DNA of 64,000 nt, taken from positions 160,001-224,000 of the forward strand of contig JAGTQC010000002.1 of NCBI GenBank assembly GCA_018396535.1, written 5' to 3'. Shown one piece after another: positions 19,937-29,822 of the stretch. The notes under the pieces are model-generated. The model was not told where the DNA came from and did no database searches. It saw only the letters and a list, made by a program, of their open reading frames with translations. Each line of letters begins with the position of its first letter. The stretch's first letter is position 1. This stretch comes from Candidatus Bathyarchaeota archaeon (lineage in GTDB: Archaea; Thermoproteota; CALKCG01; B24; DRYS01). The translations under genes were made by a program, and so were the position numbers.

Positions 19937-21119
19937 AACGATCAGCCTCCAATAACTTCAATCCTTCCGATACCACATCCTCGGTTAAAGCTGAATCTAG
20001 TGTACCAGTGAGTAGGTTTGAAACATACTCCCTAAATAGGTCTTCTATAGATGATGACCTGGTATGTCGAATAGTCTTCAACCCCTCCTCCCTAACCCTC
20101 TCTACATCTAGTATCCAGTGGAATACTTTGAATCTATTCATAACCTCCTCTATCGATGAAAAAGCTATATTCCGACTGCTTTTAATCCTGAGTTTTAGAC
20201 GAACGATAGCATCCTCTATACCTGGTGAGGCTTCCAATAACGATGTTAATAATTCGCTTATATCAACCTCATCCGATATGTAAGCATAGTCTTGTTTAGG
20301 TATACTCTTCATAGGTCTGCATGGGAGTTCTCTAAACATCCATCCCAGACCTCCCCCCTCTTCCTCGACTACGACAAATCCTTTAACATCATCCTCCTCA
20401 TCGAAGTTTACACGTTCTATAGATCCGGGGTAGACAGCATTCTTTGAGGGGGATTGATGCCTATGTATATGTCCGAGACATACGTAATCGAGATTCGAGA
20501 ATATGGATACAGGTACGGAGATTTCTCTAAGAACTATGGCTGGTATATCCTTTATGTAAGCTTCGTCTACGGTTAGGTGAGCTACTGCTATACTATAATC
20601 GTACCTATACTCCTCCTTCGCTATTAGATTCTTCACTAACCCCATGATCTTCAATCTAGATTCCTCCCAATCTATCGCAGAGGCCTGTACATACGGTATC
20701 ATAAAGAATTTCACTACCCTACCGCTTATACGCCCCTTCAAATATATGCATCCAGGCTCTTCTGCAAAGTAGAATAGGGGGGTACCTGCATCCGATAATG
20801 CTTTAAGGTATGATGGGGTATCCTCTGCTTTAGGTTTATCATGAGTCCCAGCTACGGCTATTACCGATATCCCTCTCGAAGCTAGACTATATACGAATCT
20901 TGCGAATAAATCTAGGAGGAGACTTGAAGGTTTAGCTGTATGGAATATATCTCCAGCGATAACTAGGAAATCGCATCCCGTTTCTAACGCATAGTTCTTA
21001 ATCCTATGTAGCTGATCTTCGAAATCCTTTAATCTAAACCTACGCTTAGATAACGGTAGCCCTACCGGCCATACGCCTAGGTGAAAATCAGCTGTGTGTA
21101 TGATTTTAAGTCTACCCAT
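19926..21119 (-). CDS. mre11: Mre11/SbcD nuclease subunit
   Basis: HTADFHLG, AGDIFH, GTHD, AH, LGHIH, YPGSIERVNF; directly upstream of rad50. Confidence 0.88.
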   Translation of the reverse strand: MGRLKIIHTADFHLGVWPVGLPLSKRRFRLKDFEDQLHRIKNYALETGCDFLVIAGDIFHTAKPSSLLLDLFARFVYSLASRGISVIAVAGTHDKPKAEDTPSYLKALSDAGTPLFYFAEEPGCIYLKGRISGRVVKFFMIPYVQASAIDWEESRLKIMGLVKNLIAKEEYRYDYSIAVAHLTVDEAYIKDIPAIVLREISVPVSIFSNLDYVCLGHIHRHQSPSKNAVYPGSIERVNFDEEDDVKGFVVVEEEGGGLGWMFRELPCRPMKSIPKQDYAYISDEVDISELLTSLLEASPGIEDAIVRLKLRIKSSRNIAFSSIEEVMNRFKVFHWILDVERVREEGLKTIRHTRSSSIEDLFREYVSNLLTGTLDSALTEDVVSEGLKLLEADRSED

Positions 21120-21285
21120 ACCCCGAGTACACTATACTATTAGTAGTTATAGACGGATATTATAGTTAGGGATAAGTTATACGTTTATAGAGTAGGTTTT
21201 ATGAGATCGTTCAAAGTTAACTAGAATAACATGAATTTTAGCTGTATACTGCTAGGAGGATTGCATATTCCACTACTACACGATT

Positions 21286-22074
21286 TTATCTACCGTATCT
21301 ACGCTCCCTCCTCTGGTAGGTTCTTATAGCTCTTAGTAGATCTATACGTCTAAATTCAGGCCAGTAGACATCTAGGAAGCATAACTCACTATATGCGCTC
21401 TGCCATAGCAGGAAGCCGCTAAGCCTCTCCTCACCACTCGTCCTTATTATAAGATCTGGATCCGGCTTAGGTAGATGCGATGTATATAGATGCTCCTCTA
21501 GTATCCTCTCATCTATATCCTCCGGTTTTAGTAAACCTTCGGCAACTTTGGTAGATATCCTCTTAACAGCATCGACTATCTCCAGTCTACCTCCGTATGC
21601 TATAGCTATGTTAAGCCATCTACTAGAATAATCCTTCGTAGACTCCTCTATAGCTTTCGCAAGCTTAGATAAATCATCCGGGAGTAGATCTAGTCTACCT
21701 ATGAACTTAACCCTAACCATATTCCTATGTATATTTTCATCATCTAAAAGCTTCTCTAAATACCTTCTGAATATGGACATGAGATTCTCAACTTCCTCAC
21801 GAGGTCTATGAAAGTTCTCGGTAGAAAAGACGAAGAGTGTAAGTATAGGTACGCCCAATTCTAGACACCATTTCAGTAAGTCTTCAACCTTCCTCGCACC
21901 GTACTCATGCCCAATCCAGGGGGGTAACCCCCTACTTCTAGCCCACCTCCTATTCCCATCGAGTATTAGAGCTACATGCTGTGGGATAGATCCATTCCTA
22001 ACCTGACGGTAGAGCCACCACTCATACAATCTATAAATACCTAACAACCTCAGTAGCGTAGCTATTATAGCCAT
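21286..22074 (-). CDS. uppS: cis-polyprenyl diphosphate synthase
   Basis: ILDGNRRWA, FSTENF, AYGGR, IRTSGEERLSGFLLWQ. Confidence 0.95.
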   Translation of the reverse strand: MAIIATLLRLLGIYRLYEWWLYRQVRNGSIPQHVALILDGNRRWARSRGLPPWIGHEYGARKVEDLLKWCLELGVPILTLFVFSTENFHRPREEVENLMSIFRRYLEKLLDDENIHRNMVRVKFIGRLDLLPDDLSKLAKAIEESTKDYSSRWLNIAIAYGGRLEIVDAVKRISTKVAEGLLKPEDIDERILEEHLYTSHLPKPDPDLIIRTSGEERLSGFLLWQSAYSELCFLDVYWPEFRRIDLLRAIRTYQRRERRYGR

Positions 22075-22161
22075 ACACTATGAATCTGCTATACTCTAAA
22101 CCTAAATAGTTTAACAACGGTAAAATAATCCTAATTTATACCCTAGAATACTGAATAACTC

Positions 22162-23235
22162 TTGTATCGAGGAGTGAGAAGCTTGGGTGTGGGTATAGTA
22201 GGTTATGGTGTGTACGTACCGATATGGAGAATAAAGGTTGATGAAATAGCGAGAGTATGGGGGCATGATCCTAACGTATACCGTGAAGGGCTGGGGGTAG
22301 AGGAGAAATCTGTTCCATCAATCGATGAGGATACAGTTACGATAGCTGTAGAAGCCGCTAGGAATGCTTTAAAGAGAGCTCCAGAAGTATCGCCAAATAG
22401 TATAGGCGCTATCTATGTAGGATCAGAATCACATCCATATGCAGTTAAACCTACGGCTGCAACAGTAGCTGAAGCTATAGGAGCTACACCATCCTTAACT
22501 GCAGCAGATACAGAATTCGCTTGTAAAGCTGCTACAGCTGCTCTACAAGCATGTCTAGGCTTAGTCTCTTCAGGATATATAGATTACGGTATGTCTATAG
22601 GTGCTGATACAGCTCAAGCAAGCCCTATGGATGCGTTAGAATATACTGCTGCAGCAGGCGGAGCGGCTTACATAATCGGTAGGAGGGAGGTTATCGCGGA
22701 GGTAGAATGCACCTACTCGTATACACAGGATGTGCCAGATTTCTGGCGTAGGGATGGGGATGTCTATCCTAGGCATGCAGGTAGGTTTACAGGTGAACCA
22801 GGATATTTTGAACATGTAGTTAAATGTACCTTAGGCTTAATGGAGAAGGCTGGGTTGAAGCCATCCGACTTCGACTATGCTGTTTTCCATCAGCCTAACG
22901 CTAAGTATCCGCTTAGAGCTGCTACTATGATAGGTATACCATTGGATAAGGTTAAACCAGGTCTCGTAGTTCAATGGATAGGAAACACGTACTCTGGATC
23001 TAGCCTCATAGGATTAGCAGCTATCCTAGATATAGCTAAACCTGGTCAGAGAATACTTATGACATCATATGGATCTGGAGCTGGATCTGATAGCTTTAGT
23101 CTTCTAGTAACGGATGTTATAGAGGAGAAGAGAAGGCTTGCACCCCCTGTACGATACTATCTGGATAGGAGGAAGTACATAGATTATGCAGCATATATAA
23201 AGCTTAGACGTATGTTTAAAGGGGTGGAGTACTAA
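22162..23235 (+). CDS. Hydroxymethylglutaryl-CoA synthase (archaeal)
   Basis: [34 protein letters not shown]; start may be TTG 22183. Confidence 0.93.
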   Translation: MYRGVRSLGVGIVGYGVYVPIWRIKVDEIARVWGHDPNVYREGLGVEEKSVPSIDEDTVTIAVEAARNALKRAPEVSPNSIGAIYVGSESHPYAVKPTAATVAEAIGATPSLTAADTEFACKAATAALQACLGLVSSGYIDYGMSIGADTAQASPMDALEYTAAAGGAAYIIGRREVIAEVECTYSYTQDVPDFWRRDGDVYPRHAGRFTGEPGYFEHVVKCTLGLMEKAGLKPSDFDYAVFHQPNAKYPLRAATMIGIPLDKVKPGLVVQWIGNTYSGSSLIGLAAILDIAKPGQRILMTSYGSGAGSDSFSLLVTDVIEEKRRLAPPVRYYLDRRKYIDYAAYIKLRRMFKGVEY

Positions 23236-24416
23236 TGGAGTTCCCCCTTTATAAGAAGAGAGATGTAGCTATAGTAGGTGTAGGTACATCTAAATTCGGT
23301 GAAAGATGGGATAAGAGTCTCAGAGAGCTGGCATGGGAGGCTGCCGTACCGGCTGTAGAAGATGCAGGTATACAGGGACGGGATATACAACTCGTAATAT
23401 TTGGTAACATGTCTGGAGGCTTATTCGCAGGACAGGAGCATGTAGGAGCCTTAATAGCTGATTTTCTAGGTTTAAACCCGACACCAGCTATAAGAGTTGA
23501 AGCTGCATGTGCATCTGGAGGTGTAGCCTTATTCCAAGGATATCTAGCCGTAGCCTCAGGTCTATACGATATCGTAGCTGTAGGAGGTATAGAGAAGATG
23601 ACGGATGCCCCTCCAGATAGAGCTACTTTAGCATTAGCAGGAGCTATGGATTCAGAATGGGAGGCATACTTCGGAGCAACCTTCCCAGGCCTATACGCGC
23701 TTATAGCTCAACGATATATGCATGAGTATAAGCTTTCTAGAGAAACCTTAGCGGAAGTCGCTGTAAAGAATCATTACCATGGAAGCATGAATCCACTCGC
23801 CCACTTCCAATTCAAGACGACGGTTGAACGCGTAATATCATCCCCATTAGTAGCAGATCCACTACGTAGGGATGATTGCTGCCCAATATCCGACGGAGCT
23901 GCATGCATGATATTAGTACCTGCTGAAAAGGCTAGAAGGTATACGGATACGCCTATCTATATCAAGGCATGTACAGTTGCCTCAGATAAACTAGCCTTAT
24001 TTGAACGTGAAGATATAACTACGCTAAGAGCTACGATCGAAGCTAGCAGGGAAGCCTATAGGATAGCTAAGCTATCGCCCGCAGATATAGATGTAATCGA
24101 AGTCCACGACTGCTTCACTATAGCAGAGATAATAGCGTTAGAGGATCTAGGATTCGTAAGAAAGGGTGATGCTGGTAGACTATATGAGGAGGGGGAGACT
24201 TATGTTGGTGGAAGACTACCGGTTAATACTGATGGGGGATTGAAAGCTGGTGGACATGCTGTTGGGGCTACAGGTGTTAAGCAGGTGATAGAGCTTGTGA
24301 AACAGTTAAGAGGCGAAGCTGAGAAGGGTAGACAAGTTTCGAATGCTGAATATGGATTAGCTCAGAATGTAGGCGGATCTGGAGCTACTGTAGTAGTAAC
24401 TATAGTCGGGAGGTGA
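23235..24416 (+). CDS. Acetoacetyl-CoA thiolase (archaeal)
   Basis: EAACASG, KNH, EVHDCF, GHAVGATG. Confidence 0.92.
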   Translation: MEFPLYKKRDVAIVGVGTSKFGERWDKSLRELAWEAAVPAVEDAGIQGRDIQLVIFGNMSGGLFAGQEHVGALIADFLGLNPTPAIRVEAACASGGVALFQGYLAVASGLYDIVAVGGIEKMTDAPPDRATLALAGAMDSEWEAYFGATFPGLYALIAQRYMHEYKLSRETLAEVAVKNHYHGSMNPLAHFQFKTTVERVISSPLVADPLRRDDCCPISDGAACMILVPAEKARRYTDTPIYIKACTVASDKLALFEREDITTLRATIEASREAYRIAKLSPADIDVIEVHDCFTIAEIIALEDLGFVRKGDAGRLYEEGETYVGGRLPVNTDGGLKAGGHAVGATGVKQVIELVKQLRGEAEKGRQVSNAEYGLAQNVGGSGATVVVTIVGR

Positions 24417-24422
24417 TTATGT

Positions 24423-24887
24423 ATGTCTATGCTAGGTATTCCATCACATTGGAGGAGGAGGAAGGAAAGATATAGGCTTATAGGATCTAAATGCGAGGCA
24501 TGCGGCAAAGTATTCTTCCCTAGGAGGGAGATATGTCCTAATTGTAGGCGTAGAGGTAGGGTGATAGATGTAGAGCTACCTGGGAGGGGAAAAGTCTATA
24601 GTTATACTGTCATAAGAGTACCATCAGAGGGTTTTGAATATTATGCACCATACATAATAGCTATAGTAGAGCTTGAGAACGGTGTTAGAGTTATGAGCCA
24701 GATAGTTGATTGCAATCCAGAGGATGTATATATAGGTATGCCTGTCGAGGTATGCTTCAGAAGGATATTTAGTCAAGGCGATAAGGGGATAATAAGCTAC
24801 GGGTTTAAATTCAAGCCACTAGACGATAGCTGGATCAGATGCTATGAAGAAGAAGCTAAGATTAGCGTATCTGAGATGAAAGTATAA
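24423..24887 (+). CDS. DUF35 Zn-ribbon/OB-fold scaffold of the thiolase-HMGCS complex
   Basis: CEACG...CPNC, OB fold, third gene of the known archaeal trio. Confidence 0.92.
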   Translation: MSMLGIPSHWRRRKERYRLIGSKCEACGKVFFPRREICPNCRRRGRVIDVELPGRGKVYSYTVIRVPSEGFEYYAPYIIAIVELENGVRVMSQIVDCNPEDVYIGMPVEVCFRRIFSQGDKGIISYGFKFKPLDDSWIRCYEEEAKISVSEMKV

Positions 24888-24948
24888 GAAGCCCTGAATA
24901 TAACGCTCGGGAAAAACTAATCTCAACCCCTTTACCATATTTTTCTCC

Positions 24949-25038
24949 AGGGCTAAAGGCACCGGAGACGGGCGAACAGACCTTTACCAGGGATGATGAC
25001 TCCACCTAAAATAGGTGCCGGCTAAACCACCCCTACAT
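24949..25038 (+). ncRNA. Candidate structured small RNA (guide-RNA-like)
   Basis: GC-rich intergenic island; GGCACC/GGTGCC and GGAG/CTCC pairings, box-C-like ATGATGA, GGGCGAACAG complementary to the conserved 23S A-loop; strand uncertain. Confidence 0.35.
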
Positions 25039-26061
25039 TCTTAAAGATATTAACGCGATCCCACCGATTGCTATTTCAAACCATAGCATAACAATTCTTA
25101 TCATGAGCGTAGCTGCTACGCTAATAGCAGATGGTATACCGACTAAGGAATATAGAGCTGCCATAATAGTTTCGACCACACCAATCATCCCTGGTATACC
25201 GATCGGTATCATCTGAATGGTTATACCTATCGTATATATTGATATGATGATGGGTACTTCAATTGTGTATCTAAGTGAGAGAAAAACGAAGTATGCTACC
25301 ATTACATCTAAAATCCATGCTATCCACGATAAAGATATCGATAGGACGACTATCTTCTTCGTAGTAGTTATAAGTTTCATGGAATAGTCAAACTTATATA
25401 CAAAAACCTCTATCCTAGAGTATAGCTTTTCACTTTTACTCCCTATAAGTTTTAGGATAGGTTTTATTGTAGTAAAGATTATTTTTGGATATATTATCAT
25501 AACTAATGCTAGAAGGGAAAATATAGCAATAACTATAGCGATTTTAGAAAACATCTGGAATAACATAGATGTTAGTGTAAAGCTCATAGATAGGTACAGG
25601 AAGCCTATAATCGAGCCTAAAAGAAAAGGGAGAAGGGAGAAAATCCTATGGAGTAGTACTGTAGCAGACGCGATCTCGTATGAGCAACCGTATCTACGAT
25701 TTACGGTATATATCCTAAAAAGCTCCCCGCCTATGGAGGCTGTCGGTATAGCGAGATTAAGGAATATACTTCCTAGTATTATCTTTAGGGATGAAACGAA
25801 ATCTATAGGTGACCCTGTAGCTTTTAAGAGTATACGCCATGACTCTGAATATGCGGCTATTCCAAGTGTAACCGATATGAATGATGCAAGATATAGCATA
25901 GGATTTGCTGAAAATATATAGCCTATGGATAGTTTTATATCAGGATACGATGAAAAAAATAGTGTCAATAATATTAAACCTACTACCGTTAGCGATATTA
26001 ATTTTCTAAGTCTGAAGGCTATCCTAACCGATCCACCACCATTCATCTTAGGGTTAGACAA
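25033..26061 (-). CDS. Flippase-like lysylphosphatidylglycerol synthase TM-domain protein (UPF0104)
   Basis: Multi-TM; 'NLAIPTASIGGE', 'IPIGIPGMIGVVE'. Confidence 0.85.
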   Translation of the reverse strand: MSNPKMNGGGSVRIAFRLRKLISLTVVGLILLTLFFSSYPDIKLSIGYIFSANPMLYLASFISVTLGIAAYSESWRILLKATGSPIDFVSSLKIILGSIFLNLAIPTASIGGELFRIYTVNRRYGCSYEIASATVLLHRIFSLLPFLLGSIIGFLYLSMSFTLTSMLFQMFSKIAIVIAIFSLLALVMIIYPKIIFTTIKPILKLIGSKSEKLYSRIEVFVYKFDYSMKLITTTKKIVVLSISLSWIAWILDVMVAYFVFLSLRYTIEVPIIISIYTIGITIQMIPIGIPGMIGVVETIMAALYSLVGIPSAISVAATLMIRIVMLWFEIAIGGIALISLRM

Positions 26062-26069
26062 GCCTCAGT

Positions 26070-26774
26070 TCAGATCGTGAAAACATCTACTTTAAATCTT
26101 TCGTCTCTACGTCTATATGCTGTCTTAAGAAAACGTTCTACATCTTCATATGATTTATCGTATATGTGAGCACTATTTGAAAAGTCGAAGTATGCTCCTA
26201 CTTTTAATCCAAGCTTATCTGCTACCATCTTCTGAAGCTCTGTCATCGCTAGCATATTCATATGAGCTGCACGGAATAGATCTCTACTCCTCCATTCAGA
26301 TTGAAGTATTAAACTGTCGCCATAAACTTTAAACCATAACCTCTGTAAGCATGGAGGAGAATCTAGTGTTAAATCCTTAGATGGCATCCATGTTATCGCT
26401 TGCGCCCTCCTAGTATACGGAGTCTTATGGAGCTTCTCTACTATGAAATCTATCTGGTTAATACCTTCAGATCCATACCTAAATAGCCGTTCATGATATG
26501 TATAAGCAAGCTTCCCAGTAGCTATCATTGAATCTAAACTACCCTCTAATACCTCCCGTATATAGCTCTTTAGACCTAAAGTTGCGTACACGTCCCCGGG
26601 ATGTATACGCGGCTCTGAGAATGGATCTTCAACTATCATCAACAACGTAGACTCCCTTGCTTTACAACCATACTCCGTATCCGTCTCAAATCCATTGCGA
26701 TATACCACTTCGACAGACATCTCCCAAACTTCAGCGATACACCTACCACGGACCACTACAAATGGCGGTCTCAT
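26070..26774 (-). CDS. thyA: Thymidylate synthase, archaeal type
   Basis: YTYHERL, TRRA, PPCLQ, RSRD, SAHIY. Confidence 0.85.
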   Translation of the reverse strand: MRPPFVVVRGRCIAEVWEMSVEVVYRNGFETDTEYGCKARESTLLMIVEDPFSEPRIHPGDVYATLGLKSYIREVLEGSLDSMIATGKLAYTYHERLFRYGSEGINQIDFIVEKLHKTPYTRRAQAITWMPSKDLTLDSPPCLQRLWFKVYGDSLILQSEWRSRDLFRAAHMNMLAMTELQKMVADKLGLKVGAYFDFSNSAHIYDKSYEDVERFLKTAYRRRDERFKVDVFTI

Positions 26775-26964
26775 ATCATCGGAAACTATATTAGTCAGAT
26801 TTCAAATGTAAATAAAGGTTTACGGCATGAAGACCTAAACCAAATCCAAGTAGCTATAGTATGTTTCAAAAGGAATAGTATTACGGATGATCAGATGCTA
26901 GCACTTACCATAGGAATATTATAAATACGACATTTACAGAGCCATATACCACGATTTCTAGGCG

Positions 26965-28011
26965 TTGAAGATTATTAAGCTTAGAAGACCTATATCCGCT
27001 GGCATAATACTAACATATAAATGTACTAGTGAATGTAAGCATTGTATGTATGCGTGCTCACCTAGAAGAGAGAATGTATGGATGAATAAACATTTATTCG
27101 AATTCATAGTTGAGAGGATAACGTCTATAACATCTCACGTATATAGGGGTACTAGGAATAGAATTCACGGTATTAACTACGGGTTTCATCTAACTGGCGG
27201 TGAGCCATTTATAAACTTCCAGCTACTATCTTCATACGTTAAGTCGGCATCCAATATAGGGCTGCCGTCTATGTTTGTAGAAACAAACTGCTTCTGGTGT
27301 AACTCTGATAATGATGTGGTAGATAGACTTACGATACTTAGGAGGACCGGTCTACACGGTATACTGATAAGCGTTAATCCATTTATGCTTGAATACGTAG
27401 ATTTCAGGAATGTAAAAAGATGTCTTAGAATAGCTTTAAACATCTTCGGCTCCAGTAATACTATGGTATATCATCCATACTTTTATAAACAAGCTGAGAA
27501 TATGAATATTGAAGGAAAGATGGCTTTCGATGAGTATCTCAGGATAGCATTATCTAAGGGCTATAGTTTAACCGATATATTCAATCCATATATACTACTT
27601 CCCATGGGGCGTTTATGCTATCAACTAAATAGATTCTATGATAGAAAGGATGCTAAATTCTATATTGGAGAGGAATGTCTAGATGAACTTACTAGGCCTT
27701 GGCATATACATATGGATTGCTATGGCAACTATATACCAGGATATTGTAGCGGTATATCCATAGGGAGCGTATGGAGTATCAACGAGATGATAGAAGTCGG
27801 AGTTGATCTATCAGATAAACCAGTTATCGAAGCGTTATCGAAAGGCATAGGAGAACTCTATAGACTTGCTATCGAAGGATACGGATATAAGCCTCTTAAT
27901 GAAGGATATATCTCAAAATGCCACTTATGCTTAGATATAAGGAGATACCTAGCCCTAGATGTCGGTGGATTTAAAGATTTACAACCAGTGGAATTCTATG
28001 AATATCTATGA
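26965..28011 (+). CDS. Radical SAM protein of unknown function
   Basis: CTSECKHC (CxxxCxxC), LTGGEP, ETN, C-terminal auxiliary Cys cluster (CHLC). Confidence 0.88.
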   Translation: MKIIKLRRPISAGIILTYKCTSECKHCMYACSPRRENVWMNKHLFEFIVERITSITSHVYRGTRNRIHGINYGFHLTGGEPFINFQLLSSYVKSASNIGLPSMFVETNCFWCNSDNDVVDRLTILRRTGLHGILISVNPFMLEYVDFRNVKRCLRIALNIFGSSNTMVYHPYFYKQAENMNIEGKMAFDEYLRIALSKGYSLTDIFNPYILLPMGRLCYQLNRFYDRKDAKFYIGEECLDELTRPWHIHMDCYGNYIPGYCSGISIGSVWSINEMIEVGVDLSDKPVIEALSKGIGELYRLAIEGYGYKPLNEGYISKCHLCLDIRRYLALDVGGFKDLQPVEFYEYL

Positions 28012-28151
28012 CCTTACCTGTTTATTCCGTCCTTAAGGGATACTACGCCATGGTTATATAGCTCTGGAGTTCATGGTATACTAATACTATATACGATATA
28101 TAGCCAATATTATTACTTTAGTATTTAGGTATATTTATACTTAGGATTAAT

Positions 28152-28730
28152 ATGTCTTACCAAGATAAAACTATAAGGTATTTCGATAAACCTGGCCCGC
28201 ATAATACGAACGCTACATTAGAGGCTATTAAGGGGAGAATGATGGCTTTAGGTATCAAACACATAGTAGTCGCCTCCACTTATGGAAGTACAGCTTTGAA
28301 AGCTATAGAGATGTTTAAGGATATGGATGTAGAGATAATTGTCGTCACTATATCTAAGAGTTTTGAGAAGGAGGGATGGGTTATGGATGAAGAAATCAGG
28401 AGAAAAATAGAGTCACTTGGTGCTAAAGTGTTGACGTGTACGCATGCGTTAGGGGATGATCTAGATTCTGCGTTTACAGATAAATTCGGTGGTAGATCGT
28501 ATAAACAGATAGTAGCTGATACACTTAGAAGATTTTCTCAAGGTATGAAAGTTGCAGTGGAGATAATCCTTATGGCTGCTGATGCAGGGCTTATACCTAT
28601 CGATAGAGATGTAGCAGCCGTAGCAGGTACGGATAGAGGCGCCGATACAGCGATAATAGCTAAACCGAGCTATTCCAGGAGATTTCTAGAATTCAAGGTT
28701 AAGGAGATAGTTGCCATGCCTAGTTGTTAA
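28152..28730 (+). CDS. Pyruvate-kinase C-terminal-like domain protein (COG1751/DUF1867)
   Basis: YFDKPGPHNT, VVASTYG, QGMKVAVEI, AADAG, GTDRGADTA. Confidence 0.85.
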   Translation: MSYQDKTIRYFDKPGPHNTNATLEAIKGRMMALGIKHIVVASTYGSTALKAIEMFKDMDVEIIVVTISKSFEKEGWVMDEEIRRKIESLGAKVLTCTHALGDDLDSAFTDKFGGRSYKQIVADTLRRFSQGMKVAVEIILMAADAGLIPIDRDVAAVAGTDRGADTAIIAKPSYSRRFLEFKVKEIVAMPSC

Positions 28731-28752
28731 CGATAAAATAGAATGAATATCA

Positions 28753-29769
28753 TTAGAGGACTAGATCGATCTTCATACCGACATTTCTTTCTAAAGCTTT
28801 CCTATAAACGTAATCAGCTACTATCGCATCTTGTATAGCTAGACCTGTGGATACGAATACTGTTAACTCATCTCTAGATAGTCTTCCAGGCTTAATACCA
28901 GCTATAACTTCGCCTATCTCTCCAGCTATATCCTCTCTTCTAAGAATCCCAGTAGCTATCGGTACATTAACTTCTCCACTATGGATTGCTTGAATTAAAT
29001 CATCTACGAAGATTCTCGCATCTCTAAGTATAGCTGGATCGAGCTCTTGTTTACCAGGTGCATCAGCACCTATACAATTAATATGTACACCATGCTTAAC
29101 CCATAATCTATCGATTATAGGTCTACGAGAGGGTGTAGCTGTAACTATGATATCTGCGCCTTCCACTGCTTCTCTAACAGTCTGTGCGGATTTAACTACA
29201 GTTACACGCTCCCTAAATTTTGAAGCTAGAGCTTCAGATGCTTCAGTACGTATATCGTATATTCTCAGCTCTTCTATTTCCCTAGAGATTTGTAATATAG
29301 CTTCGATCTGCCCGTACCCTTGTCTTCCAGCCCCTACGATAGCGAGTATATGAGCGTCTGATGGAGCGAGCCATCTAACAGCTACAGCTCCAGCGGCTGA
29401 TGTACGTATGAATGTTATCCATGTACCATCCATAATAGCTAGAGGCCACCCGGTTTCCCTATCCAATACTGTTATAGTTGCGAGAACAGTAGGTAACCCT
29501 CTAGTAGATGGGTTAAATGGATAAACTGTAACTATCTTAACTGCTAATATACCTTTATCCTGTATATAGCATGGCATAACTCTTAGATCACCGTTATACT
29601 CTGGAAGATCTAGATATGTTTTGGGAGGCATTCTAACTTTTCCTAGAGCTTTAAGCTTGAATACTTCTTCTACTAGAGGTATAGCCTCCTTTATAGATAT
29701 GATCCTCTCTATCTCTCTACCTGTAAGTAGAAGTGTACCTCTATTTATCATCCATCTATAGGGATACAT
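28753..29769 (-). CDS. Ornithine cyclodeaminase/mu-crystallin family, probable archaeal alanine dehydrogenase
   Basis: MPPK, LRVMP, KIVTVYP, GAGRQ, IGADAPGKQE, STGLAIQD. Confidence 0.88.
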   Translation of the reverse strand: MYPYRWMINRGTLLLTGREIERIISIKEAIPLVEEVFKLKALGKVRMPPKTYLDLPEYNGDLRVMPCYIQDKGILAVKIVTVYPFNPSTRGLPTVLATITVLDRETGWPLAIMDGTWITFIRTSAAGAVAVRWLAPSDAHILAIVGAGRQGYGQIEAILQISREIEELRIYDIRTEASEALASKFRERVTVVKSAQTVREAVEGADIIVTATPSRRPIIDRLWVKHGVHINCIGADAPGKQELDPAILRDARIFVDDLIQAIHSGEVNVPIATGILRREDIAGEIGEVIAGIKPGRLSRDELTVFVSTGLAIQDAIVADYVYRKALERNVGMKIDLVL

Positions 29770-29822
29770 TATCCTTAATGAATTATTTATATTTAGTTTT
29801 TTCTTAAAATATTGCTAGGTGT

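Noticed and set aside
21286-24887. uppS divergent from HMG-CoA synthase/thiolase/DUF35 as a novel system
   Set aside because: The trio is a well-described archaeal mevalonate-entry complex
24961-25010. Fluoride riboswitch (GATGACTCC resembles its 3' end)
   Set aside because: The 5' GGNGATGGAGT half is missing and the element lies between two gene 3' ends
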